A DNA stretch of 64,000 bases from NCBI RefSeq assembly GCF_032191835.1, contig NC_083237.1, positions 17,360,001-17,424,000 on the forward strand, given 5' to 3'. Both the position numbers and the translations under genes were made by a program. The notes under the pieces are model-generated. The model did not search any database. It had not been told where the DNA came from and saw only the letters and a program-made list of their open reading frames with translations. This DNA is from Heteronotia binoei. Lineage: Eukaryota. Shown here in pieces: positions 10,801 to 20,896 of this stretch. Position 1 is the first letter of the stretch; the number at the start of each line of letters is the position of its first letter.

Positions 10801-13430
10801 AGGGGGGGGGTACTCGGCTGGGTCCTCCCCCCGCCCTCAGCGAGGGAAATGGGTGAGCACGGCACCTGCACCTCAGAGTGCATGTGCTGCCTGGCTACCG
10901 TCACTCAGCCCAGCCACCATCCCTTGTGAAAGCTTCCAGAAGCGATGGCGGACAGGCGGAACGATGGCGGCTGGGAGGCATATGTGCTTTGAAGCGCAGG
11001 CGCTAGGCCACACCGTTGCTGTGGTGCTCACCCTCACTGGGGGCGAGGGAGGAGGGGTGCAGGCTGTGGGGTGAGGGGTGGCAGGGTAGGACCTCGCCTT
11101 GGGTGCCAGACCCCCTGGAGATGGCCCTGATCCCCTCACAAAAAACATTCCTCTGTCACCTGAAGTGTTTTTTTTTGGTTTCAAATGGTGTTTCCCTTCC
11201 AGGTGACCTCTGTCTACAGCCAGGACAGTGATGGGCAGGTGACAGAGAGCCCCCAGACCCCCAGGCCAGAGTCTCCTGACGGTGACTACTTAGCACAAGA
11301 GAGCTGCTACCTCACAGACCGCGAAGACCTCCACCAGGACTCTGGTGCTTCCACGGGCTACTTCCCTTGCTACCTCACCTACAGCAATCTCCCCCCCTAC
11401 CAGTCTGAGAGTGACGATGAACTTCCAGACCCCCCGGCCAGTCCTGAGGCCAGCCTCCAAGTTGAGGGCACTTTGCAGGACAAAGCCAGCGAGAAGGAAG
11501 GAGGAGTGGAAGGCAGCCCCAGAGGGGAAGAGGCCAAGGTGAAGAAGCCCCACTCTGGCAAAGGGTCCCGGCTGCCCAGCCCGCAAGGGGCTTTGGGAAT
11601 GCACAGCGAGGGAGGTGCTAGAGGCAAACTCTAGAAAGTCTGAGGAATGGGGCCTGCTGGGAATACAGGGCCAGTGCAGAGAAGAATGCAAGATGCCTCC
11701 TGGTCACATCACACGGAAGGGTTCCAGTGCCAGACCTCTCAGGGAAGTTCTGGAGCAGGGCACAAAAATGTCGGCCCTCTTTTGTTGCTTGTGCCCAGTT
11801 CCAGAGATAGATTGCTCCTGTATGCAGGAGTTCTAAATAGTTCACTATTCCATGAATTTGTTGAATTCAGGAGGCCAGTTTTTCTGTTGGTACAGCCTCC
11901 CAGCAGAAAGGACCCACGTTGGGTTGCAAATTTAGTGCCTGGCAAAAAACACCTCAGAAAAGACCCAGTTTATGTCAAATGGGGCCAGCCTTTGTTTTTA
12001 TTCCAAGGGATGCTCATTTTGTGTGGGATAGACGAAGTCTGGAAGATGTCAGCTATCATGTAAAAGAGATTCTAGTCCTCATTGTGCAGAAATTTACTTA
12101 TTTATAGGGTTGCCAAGTCCAATTCAAGAAATATATGGGGACTTTGGGGGTGGAGCCAGGAGACCTTGGGGTGGAGCCAGGAGGCATTGGGGGCAGAGCC
12201 AGGAGCAAGGGTGTGACAAGCATAATTGAACTCCAAGGGAGTTCTGGTCATCACATGTAAAGGGACAGCACACCTTTTTAAATGCTTTCCTTCCATAGGA
12301 AATAATGAAAGCTAGGGGCACCTTATTTTGGGGCTCATAGAATTGGACCTCCTGGTCCAATCTTTTTGAAACTTGGGGGGGTATTTTGAGGAGAGGCACT
12401 AGATGCTATTCTGAAAATGTGGTGCCTCTAACACAAAAAACAGCCCCCCCAGAGCCCCCGATATATCCAGATCAATTCTCCATTATACCCTATGAGAATC
12501 GATCTCCACATAGGGAATAATGAAGTGCCTAGCAGACATTTCCCTCCCCCTCCCTGTTTCTGGGGACTCCGAAGTGAGGGACTGGCCTCTTTACTCACGA
12601 GTTGCTGCCAACTTCTTCAAAGTAACACAGACACCCCATCCCAAGAGGAAGCCTTTCTGAGCGGAGACTGAAGCCTCTGGAGGGGGAAAGGCACATGGGG
12701 GCTGTGGGGCTGGGGCTTCCCCCCCCTGCTGGCCAGCTGAGTGGGGGGGGGGAAGGAGCCTAGGAAAGCGGGAGAACCTCCCCCCCGCTGGGACCTGGGG
12801 ATTGGCAAGCCTACTTATTTATTATATTAGGCTTTTATACTAACCTCCCCGCAAGCTTGTTAGAAAACATCCTTAAAGTGGCATAGCTGGTCAGTGTGGA
12901 AGTACAAGGCCACATCTTTTTAGCCTGGGTGAAGGAATATTGTAGAGCTGCAAATTAATGCCTTTACGTAAATGCTGCCTTTGCAGTCCCAGAGTCCATA
13001 GAGTATGAGCATCAAAGTGTGACCTGTAAGGGACAAAGCAATGGGCAAAACCAAAACCGGCCACTGCTGCAGTCAGCACAGCCCCCCCCCCCCTTCAAGC
13101 AGCTGCTTGCTAGAACTCCAGTTCCAAGAATCCCTCCGTTCAGAGCCCTGGCTGTGAGAATGACTTCTCTTCTTCCTGCAGAGTCCGGCAGTGGCCAAGA
13201 CAGGAGAGCCAACCCCGTCGGCTCCCAGCTGCCCGTCCGCCGCACCCACGTCCCGCCGGAGCGTCACCAACTTTTTTCAGTGGGTCCGCAACGTCTTTAG
13301 CCGGTCTTCCCTAAGGAGTCAACAGCGCAGCCCAGCTGCAAGAGGCGAAAGGCAGCGCAAAAATATCGGCACGCGGCTGCGAGGCTGGATCAGGAAGCAC
13401 CGGGGGCGAGTGCACCCCGACAACTGCTGA
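5551..13430 (+). CDS. Candidate multi-exon gene in block X (copy 1) encoding an acidic low-complexity protein with a basic C-terminal tail; product not recognised
   Basis: Stop-free, phase-compatible AG/GT-bounded segments: 5551-5609 (phase 1 to 0, donor gtaagg), 6464-6577 (0 to 0, gtaagc), 6760-6924 and 7078-7242 (0 to 0, gtgagt), 9674-9853 (0 to 0, gtaagt), 11203-11538? (donor weak; frame stays open to TAG at 11634), and 13182-13430 (phase 0 to TGA, ...RGRVHPDNC*). Most acceptors are pyrimidine-rich. The first exon and start codon were not established. Confidence 0.55.
7755..7816. repeat. (TA)31 microsatellite; the paralogue at 48313-48386 is (TA)37
   Basis: Direct reading. Confidence 0.97.
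7920..8490 (-). repeat. Tandem array of a 109-bp SINE-internal segment (5 units plus a partial); copy at 48490-49060
   Basis: Unit starts 7920, 8029, 8138, 8247, 8355 and 8464. The sequence is the reverse complement of the body of the SINE at 15853-16135. Confidence 0.9.
8528..9073 (+). mobile_element. L1-like LINE 3' fragment (ORF2 C-terminus, 3' UTR, poly-A); copy at 49098-49642
   Basis: LLSAARTLYAQLWKQEKIP..WDWI..V..WSEMDKLT...F..EWK.F is typical of squamate L1/Tx1 ORF2 ends; AATAAA and an A-tail follow. Confidence 0.8.
9181..9490. mobile_element. Penelope-like terminal sequence as an inverted pair (minus 9181-9290; plus 9396-9490) with degenerate hammerhead cores
   Basis: ggttgttgtagaatttctgggcggtgtggcc...gcatcctcaaaggtgtaaccc pairs with ggggttacacctctgaggatgc...ggccacacagcccgggaaatctacaacaacc. 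Confidence 0.6.
9861..10195 (-). mobile_element. CR1 LINE 3' fragment; copy at about 50430-50765
   Basis: Same 3' UTR and tail as the element at 753. Confidence 0.85.
12105..12813. mobile_element. hAT-family non-autonomous element (709 bp); copy at 52697-53403
   Basis: TAGGGTTGCCAA...TTGGCAAGCCTA with a perfect 8-bp TSD, CTTATTTA. Confidence 0.9.
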
Positions 13431-13528
13431 GGCGCAGACAGGTCACGAGCGCTCAAACTTTGTGAACAAGGACTTCCTGCTGCTTTTAAACTGTTTACTC
13501 ATCATGGTTACTGCTAGTATTAGATATA

Positions 13529-15723
13529 ATAAGGCTTGCTGAAGCATTAGTTATAGTAAGGCTTGCTGAAGCATTAGTTATAGTAAGGCTTGCTGAAGCA
13601 TTAGTTATAGTAAGGCTTGCTGAAGCATTAGTTATGGTAAGGCTTGCTGAAGCATTAGTTATAGTAAGGCTTGCTGAAGCATTAGTTATAGTAAGGCTTG
13701 CTGAAGCATTAGTTATGGTAAGGCTTCCTGAAGCATTAGTTATAGTAAGGCTTGCTGAAGCATTAGTTATGGTAAGGCTTGCTGAAGCATTAGTTATAGT
13801 AAGGCTTGCTGAAGCATTAGTTATGGTAAGGCTTGCTGAAGCATTAGTTATGGTAAGGCTTGCTGAAGCATTAGTTATAGTAAGGCTTGCTGAAGCATTA
13901 GTTATGGTAAGGCTTCCTGAAGCATTAGTTATAGTAAGGCTTGCTGAAGCATTAGTTATAGTAAGGCTTGCTGAAGCATTAGTTATGGTAAGGCTTGCTG
14001 AAGCATTAGTTATAGTAAGGCTTGCTGAAGCATTAGTTATGGTAAGGCTTCCTGAAGCATTAGTTATAGTAAGGCTTGCTGAAGCATTAGTTATAGTAAG
14101 GCTTGCTGAAGCATTAGTTATGGTAAGGCTTGCTGAAGCATTAGTTATAGTAAGGCTTGCTGAAGCATTAGTTATGGTAAGGCTTGCTGAAGCATTAGTT
14201 ATGGTAAGGCTTGCTGAAGCATTAGTTATAGTAAGGCTTGCTGAAGCATTAGTTATGGTAAGGCTTGCTGAAGCATTAGTTATAGTAAGGCTTGCTGAAG
14301 CATTAGTTATAGTAAGGCTTGCTGAAGCATTAGTTATAGTAAGGCTTGCTGAAGCATTAGTTATGGTAAGGCTTGCTGAAGCATTAGTTATAGTAAGGCT
14401 TGCTGAAGCATTAGTTATGGTAAGGCTTGCTGAAGCATTAGTTATAGTAAGGCTTGCTGAAGCATTAGATATAATAAGGCTTGCTGAAGCATTAGTTATG
14501 GTAAGGCTTGCTGAAGCATTAGTTATGGTAAGGCTTGCTGAAGCATTAGTTATGGTAAGGCTTGCTGAAGCATTAGTTATGGTAAGGCTTGCTGAAGCAT
14601 TAGTTATAGTAAGGCTTGCTGAAGCATTAGTTATGGTAAGGCTTGCTGAAGCATTAGTTATGGTAAGGCTTGCTGAAGCATTAGTTATGGTAAGGCTTGC
14701 TGAAGCATTAGTTATGGTAAGGCTTGCTGAAGCATTAGTTATGGTAAGGCTTGCTGAAGCATTAGTTATGGTAAGGCTTGCTGAAGCATTAGTTATAGTA
14801 AGGCTTGCTGAAGCATTAGTTATGGTAAGGCTTGCTGAAGCATTAGTTATAGTAAGGCTTGCTGAAGCATTAGTTATAGTAAGGCTTGCTGAAGCATTAG
14901 TTATGGTAAGGCTTTCTGAAGTATTAGTTATGGTAAGGCTTGCTGAAGCATTAGTTATAGTAAGGCTTGCTGAAGCATTAGTTATGGTAAGGCTTGCTGA
15001 AGCATTAGTTATAGTAAGGCTTGCTGAAGCATTAGTTATGGTAAGGCTTTCTGAAGTATTAGTTATGGTAAGGCTTGCTGAAGCATTCGATATAATAAGG
15101 CTTGCTGAAGCATTAGTTATAGTAAGGCTTGGTGAAGTATTAGTTATGGAAAGGCTTGCTGAAGCATTAGTTATGGTAAGGCTTGCTGGAGCATTAATTA
15201 TAGTAAGGCTTGCTGAAGTAATAGTTATGGTAAGGCTTGCTGAAGCATTAGTTATGGTAAGGCTTGCTGGAGCATTAGTTATAGTAAGGCTTGCTGAAGT
15301 AATAGTTATGGTAAGGCTTGCTGAAGCATTAGTTATAGTAAGGCTTGCTGAAGCATTAGTTATGGTAAGGCTTGCTGAAGCATTAGTTATAGTAAGGCTT
15401 GCTGAAGCATTAGTTATGGTAAGGCTTGCTGAAGCATTAGTTATAGTAAGGCTTGCTGAAGTAATAGTTATGGAAAGGCTTGCTGAAGCATTAGTTATGG
15501 TAAGGCTTGCTGGAGCATTAGTTATAGTAAGGCTTGCTGAAGTAATAGTTATGGTAAGGCTTGCTGAAGCATTAGATATAATAAGGCTTGCTGAAGCATT
15601 AGATATAATAAGGCTTGCTGAAGCATTAGTTATAGTAAGGCTTGCTGAAGCATTAGTTATGGTAAGGCTTGCTGAAGCATTAGTTATAGTAAGGCTTGCT
15701 GAAGTATTAGTTATGGTAAGGCT
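13529..15723 (+). repeat. 27-bp minisatellite, 81 full units (consensus GTAAGGCTTGCTGAAGCATTAGTTATR)
   Basis: First unit start 13529, last (partial) unit start 15716; 2187/27 = 81. The frame is kept throughout, so net indels are absent. Confidence 0.97.
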
Positions 15724-15737
15724 GAATCCCACCACTG
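15721..15737 (-). mobile_element. Orphan hAT-type terminal repeat (CAGTGGTGGGATTCAGC on the minus strand); copy at 54672-54688
   Basis: Recalled as the CAGTGGTGGGATTC terminus of a common squamate non-autonomous DNA transposon. I saw no partner end in the window. Confidence 0.55.
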
Positions 15738-15852
15738 CACACACCCCTGTTGTAGCCAATTCTCCTGGAGCTTGCAGTAAGCCCTGTAAAAAGAGCCCTG
15801 TAAGAGCCCTGTAAGCTCTTGGAGATGTAGCATAATGTGCAAAGGAGTTCCA

Positions 15853-16135
15853 CTTTGGTGTAGCAGTTAAGTGTGTGGACTCTTATCTGGGAGAACCGGG
15901 TTTGATTCCCCACTCCTCCACTTGCAGCTGCTGGAATGGTCTTGGGTCAGCCATAGCTTTCGTAGGAGCTGTCCTTGAAAAGACAGTTTCTGTTAAAGCT
16001 CTCTCAGTCCCACCCACCTCACAGGGTGTCTGTTGTTGGGGGGAAGGTAAAGGAGATTGTGACCACTCTGAGATGCAGAGTGGAGGGCAGGGTATAAATC
16101 CAATATCATAATCTTCTTCTTCTACTACTACTACA
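15853..16135 (+). mobile_element. tRNA-derived SINE with a (TCT)n tail (Squam3-like); copies at about 22595, 31030 and 54805
   Basis: A-box-like tggtgtagcagttaa and B-box-like ggtttgattcc. A second insertion of this family occurs in each module at about 19520, 27830, 36260 and 58380. Confidence 0.75.
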
Positions 16136-16420
16136 AAAGAAGCCCTACTGCCCAGCATGGATTCTTTTTTGTGGGGCAGGGGGAGAGGGTTGCCATCAAG
16201 TCACAGCTGAATCCCCCCCCCCCCAAAAAAATTCTGTTTTTATTTTAATTGTAGGTGACCTTGTCGGGATTTCAAGGCAAGAGAGGTGGTTTGTCATTTC
16301 TTGGCCTCTTCATCACAACCCTGGACTTCCTTGGGGGCCTCCCATCCTAATATTGACCCCCTGCTTAGCTTCTTCGATCTGACAAGACCAGGCCTGCCGG
16401 GGCATCCAGGTCAGGACAAC

Positions 16421-17233
16421 ATGGACGTTAGCCGATATCTATTACGGATCGGGTACCAGGGTCCCGCCCAGCCTTCTCTGGAGACCTTGCGCCGTCTCCA
16501 CCGTTGCCATCTCCTCTCCGTGCCCTTTGGGAGCCTGAGCATCCACTGTGGGGAGCCAATCTCCTTGGCGTTGCCCCTTCTCTACGACAAGATTGTCTGG
16601 TGCCACCGGGACGGTTTCTGTTACGAGCTGAACGGGCTTTTCTTGTGGCTGCTGCAGACACTGGGATTTGACACCAAAGCAGTGTCCGGTCATGTCCGGA
16701 ACCCTTTCACGGGGCACTATGGCCCCCCTATGCACCATATGGTGATTTTGGTCCAGTTGGATGGACGCTCCTTCCTCTGCGATGTCGGTTTTGGGGAAGC
16801 CTTTCTAGAGCCACTGGAGTTGAAGCCGGACTCAGAGCAAGTCCAAGATGGAGGCATCTTCTGGCTCGGCAATAAGGGGGGAGTTTGGGTCTTGGATCGC
16901 CGGTAAGTTCCTGGCAAGGAAGGGAGACCTTTGTATCAATTCACCCTTGAGGAGAAGAAGCTGGAGGATTTTGCTGACATGTGCCTTTATCACCAGACTT
17001 CGCCCAGTTCTATCTTCCCCTGCAAATCCTTCTGTTCCTTGCATCAGGAAGACGGTGGGCGCCTTACTTATATGGGATGGCGTCTCATCTCCACAATGGG
17101 GGAGAAACGTACGGAGACCCCACTGCAAAGCTCTGAGATCCCAGCCGTCCTGCGTGAGAAATTTGGGATTCAGTTGGAGAGGGACTTCGAGCCAAAGGAT
17201 GAAAAGATCATGCCACCTCCTGAAGAAGACTGA
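16421..17233 (+). pseudogene. NAT: Arylamine N-acetyltransferase copy a, disrupted by an in-frame nonsense codon (GAA->TAA at 16904-16906, E162*)
   Basis: ATG at 16421 in the same context as the other copies (caggacaacATG), and the same 813-nt span to TGA at 17231-17233. The stop at codon 162 splits it into ORF-track pieces 16286..16906 and 16931..17233, which lie in the same frame. It also carries R60W and E159D. The triad codons (C67, H106, D121) are present. Confidence 0.93.
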
Positions 17234-17842
17234 GAAAGTAGAAGGGAAACGGGTCTCCGATTTGGACAGCAGGCTAGAAACTGGATTATACATCATCTCT
17301 TTGCACACACGTTTCAGTCTCTGTCAGAACTGATGTCATATCACAGGATGTTCCAGAGCCTGGCATGAGGAGGCCGGGGTTTCAGTTCTGAATATTCCCT
17401 TGTCTTCGAGGCATCCGATGTGATATTTTGGAAAGATACCATTGCAGCAGTCTGTTTGAAAAAAAAAATGCTGGTCCTTTACAAAAGCAATTTGATCATT
17501 TTTCTAGTGCGGTTTACAGTTTTTTCGAGTTGCACTTAAAGGCCTCGATATAATCTTAAGGACCACAACATGTGAACTTGAATGCATATTGTTAATGAGC
17601 GTATGGAAAATTTATTGTGTAAAATTCATTGAATGATTATACAGGTGACTGCAAATAATATGTTTCTATTATTAGACACGTGGTGTAGTTTCTTTTTGTT
17701 TCTCCTTTGTTCATTATCATCCCATTCCCTATTTGTGGTGTGTTTAAAGAAAAGCCTGTGCAAGCAGAAAACCAGCAGACCAAGGGGACAGATCTGCTAA
17801 AGTCATGATTAAAAAGTGAGTGCAGCTGTGGGTAACAAGTCC

Positions 17843-18027
17843 CAGGGCTTTTTTTTTTGTAGCAGGAATTTCTTTGTATATTAAGCCACAGGCCCCTGAT
17901 GTAGCCAGTCCTCCAAGAGCTTTCAGTAGGTCCTGTACTAAGAGCCCTGTAAGCTCCTGGAGGATTGGCTACATCAGGGGTGTGTGGCCTAATATGCAAA
18001 GGAGCTCCTGCTAGAATTCCCCCCCTG
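17843..18027. mobile_element. Palindromic hAT MITE (CAGGGCTTTT family); present in every module
   Basis: Internal inverted repeats of the type gcaggaa..tttgtatatta / taatatgcaaaggagctcctgc. Confidence 0.8.
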
Positions 18028-19199
18028 CTAACAACAAACTTCTTTATTGAAAGAACCAAACTGGAAAGCAATCAGGCAAAACAAGCAATATACATAGTTG
18101 GGGAAGGACACACCTCTTTTAGTCGGCTGGAATCTGCCCGATTGGTCTCTCCAGGATCCTTCATTTACATGTACATTGATACACGCCTTGTGTCCCAATT
18201 GGCCAGTTCAGACAGAATGGCCAATCGGAATGTAGGCATTTGGATCCTGGAGGGTAGAACCATGCTTCAGTTACTAACACTATGAATAGTATATGAGCAA
18301 GAACACAGAACAGCACATAATAGTCTTGCTAGTTTTCTATCTGCAGGAAGTTTGGGCATGGGCAAGCATTCTAAAACACGATCTCCAATCTAATCACGCA
18401 GACCACTCTACCTGCATGTGTGAACGAGGCCTCCTCGTGCCTCTGCACTGGGTTTAATGAGCTCCTCTCCATGCAGAGATGCAGCAGCCTTATCTGTCCA
18501 CAGTGCAGGCAGGCTCACAGGAACTCATGCAGATCTGCAACAGGTAGACTCCAAGGGCAGATTGCTCTTATTTTTAAAACAAGCTTTAGGCAAGAGGTAA
18601 GAATGAAGCACGAATCCAATTTTAACTCAGAAGCAAGCCTGCATCAGCTACCAGCTGTTAGGGAAACAGCAGGTTCAAAGAACAACAGATGTGTACCAGT
18701 CACAGAGGAGCTGCAGGGAGAGCATTGATAGCCACCCTCTGCCACGTGAAGCAGGCAGATAAAGAAGTCCCTGTTCTCGAAAGAAGGGGCGGGGAGAGAG
18801 CAGAGCTCCTTCAGGCGCCCGGTAGGGATTCCTTTGCACGTTACAGGAGGCCTGGCTATAGGTGAGGGGTGTTCATACTGACTTTTAAAGGGTTGAGGGA
18901 GGAGCCAAAGGCGGGGCTCGTTGAAACAGGAGAAGCCCACACCATGGGTTGCAAACAAGCCTTTTTGACTTGCATGTAAAGCAGGGATTTCGGTGGTGTG
19001 CAACAACCAGGAGTAAGAGCTGGGAAGAGTGGGGCTGGGAGGGGGATCGGTGGGGGGGGGGATGAAAAAGCAGGGAGGACTTAAGGTGACCACATTTCTT
19101 TCTTTCGAAGGCTCCTGAACTTCTAAGTCCTGCAAGACAGGTAGGAATTCATGATTTTTTCATCCCTGCAGGGCAGACACACACCTCCTTATTTTTGTC

Positions 19200-19410
19200 T
19201 GTCTTGCAGCTATTACAGGTTCATGCGCTCTGCGGAGTTGTTCAGGGTGGTGAGAACCAGGGAGGACTGTGAGGCACTCCAGAGGGATCCGTCAAGGCTG
19301 GGCGAATGGGTGTCAACATGGCAAAGGAGGTTCAATGTGGGCAAGTGCAAAGTAATAAATACACAGTGGGGCCAAAAATCCTAACTATAAATATACATGG
19401 ATGGGGTCTG
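19200..19410 (+). mobile_element. CR1 RT internal fragment; present in every module
   Basis: LFRVVRTREDCEALQRD.SRLGEW.STWQ.RFNVGKCKV is a CR1 ORF2 motif. Confidence 0.85.
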
Positions 19411-19877
19411 AACTGGCAGTAACTGTAGATAACTCCCTTGGAAACGGTCCAATTTAGAAGCAGCTCTTGAAGCACCAGTCCGAGCTGCTTCTAATCTCGC
19501 GTCGCCCTGGTTCTTAGCCAGTTTGGTGTAGTGGTTAAGTGCGTGGACTCTTACCTGGGAGAACCGGGTTTGATTCCCCACTCCTCCACTTGCACCTGCT
19601 GGAATGGCCTTGCAGGAGTTGTCCTTGAATGCGCAGATTCTGTGAAAGCCCTCTCACCCCCACCCACCTCACAAGGTGTCTGTTGTGGGGGAAGAAAATA
19701 AAGGAGATTGTAAAACGCTCTGAGCCTCTGATTCAGAGAGTAGGGCAGCGTATTAATCCCACTTAAAGCTGTGATGAGCAATGTTGTAAGTGCCAGAAGC
19801 TGATCCAGCTGCTCTTCTTGTCACAGTGGTGGTAGGAAGTCCAGTTGAATCACATAGAGTAACCTCATAGGGTTTTC

Positions 19878-20066
19878 CAGGGCTTTTTTTTTTTTTTGCA
19901 GCAGGAGCTCCTTTGCATATTAGGCCACATACCCTTGATGTAGCCGATCCTCTAAGAGCTTACAGGACTCTTAGTACAGGGCCTGCTGTAAGCTCTTGGA
20001 GGATTGGCTACATCAGGGGTGTGTGGCCTAATAGGCAAAGAAGTTGCAGCTACAAAAAAAGCCCTG
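19878..20066. mobile_element. Palindromic hAT MITE; present in every module
   Basis: CAGGGCTTTTT...AAAAAAGCCCTG with near-perfect 8-bp TSD GGGTTTTC / CGGTTTTC. Confidence 0.88.
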
Positions 20067-20231
20067 CGGTTTTCAAGACAGGAGAAGTGGTTGGCCATTG
20101 CTGCATGTGTGCGGAAATCCTGGACATCCACCGGCCAGGATCGACAACTGCATAGATTCTGAGATTGGTGAAATCAGGACATCCCAATCAGGGCTTTTTG
20201 GATTACAACTAGAAAAATTCTAGAACAAAGT

Positions 20232-20312
20232 GTGAGTCCAGTAGCACTTTTCAGACCAACAAAGTTTTATTCGCGGTATGAGCTTTTGTGTGCAAGCACA
20301 TTTCTTCAAGTA
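20232..20312 (-). mobile_element. Penelope-like terminal fragment with a decayed hammerhead core; present in every module
   Basis: Minus strand gtac-TTGAAGA-aatgtgc-tt-gcacac-AAAA-gctc-atac; both conserved boxes are mutated. Confidence 0.55.
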
Positions 20313-20600
20313 CAAACAATGGAATAAAACCTCCTCAGGTCCTTCTTACAGGAGAAGGGGGGGGGGGGGAGCAGATATTAGGAAGCTCTACTCATAGCCA
20401 AGATGCATAAGTTGAGCTGAAATAGGATCAGGTGACGGATAAAATCAACAAATGGCAGCAAATCTGCACGTGTATGCGACAAAATAGTGCTTCGGCCCTG
20501 GTGTCATTTTGGGCTGGAAGCAGCCAGCAAAGCCTGAGATGATTTTAAAGAAGTGTCTCGATAAAATGACAGTTTGACAACCTCTTCAGCGCAGCTGCCT

Positions 20601-20862
20601 GAACATAAGAGAAGCCATGTTTTTTTATTCTTTCACATTTATATTTTTTATTATATTCACATCCAAATAATTCATAGAAAACACTGCATAACAATCCAAA
20701 TACCAATACCCCACACACACAAAACGATACATACAATACACAAAATACATGAGAAGCCATGTTGGATCAGGCCAATGGCCCATCCAGTCCAACACTCTGT
20801 GTCACACAGTGGCCAAAACAAGCAAGTGCCATCAGGAGGTCCACCAGTGGGGATAGAAGCCC
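20601..20862 (-). mobile_element. CR1 3' end interrupted by an AT/CA-rich tract; present in every module
   Basis: gaacataagagaagccatg occurs twice, either side of about 135 bp of low-complexity sequence. Confidence 0.75.
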
Positions 20863-20896
20863 TCTCACTGTATTTCTCTTCAAAGAGAACTGTATT

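Larger units (their letters stand above)
1..15737. repeat. Segmental duplication block X, copy 1 (left end outside the window)
   Basis: Position 1 aligns with 40567 and 62700. ORF-track entries recur at +40,566 and +62,699. Confidence 0.97.

Noticed and set aside
13529-15723. CRISPR array
   Set aside because: The repeats are contiguous with no unique spacers, there are no cas genes, and the context is eukaryotic.
13634-15814. 726-aa plus-strand ORF (VRLAEALVM repeats) as a real protein; also 54151-54765
   Set aside because: It is a by-product of a 27-bp unit with one stop-free frame. It lies downstream of the candidate gene's stop, varies four-fold in length between paralogues, and ends in MITE sequence.
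15853-15925. tRNA genes at the SINE heads (also 40010-40080)
   Set aside because: They have A/B-box-like motifs but no complete cloverleaf, and they continue into SINE bodies and tails.
16255-16420. In-frame fusion of X-gene exons to NAT via the acceptor at 16254 (and 55208)
   Set aside because: The acceptor is 166 nt before the ATG, so phase-0 donors join out of frame, and the NAT frame has TGA at 16256-16258. Only non-fusion read-through is possible.
16286-16420. 45-aa N-terminal extension of NAT-a and NAT-d shown in the ORF track
   Set aside because: It starts at GTG, is absent in b and c because of an indel, and NAT homology begins at MDVS.
16428-17333. Overlapping antisense and alternate-frame ORFs across each NAT gene (e.g. 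16442-16738, 16832-17308, 16848-17333)
   Set aside because: These are shadows of a GC-rich coding sequence, with no recognisable motifs.
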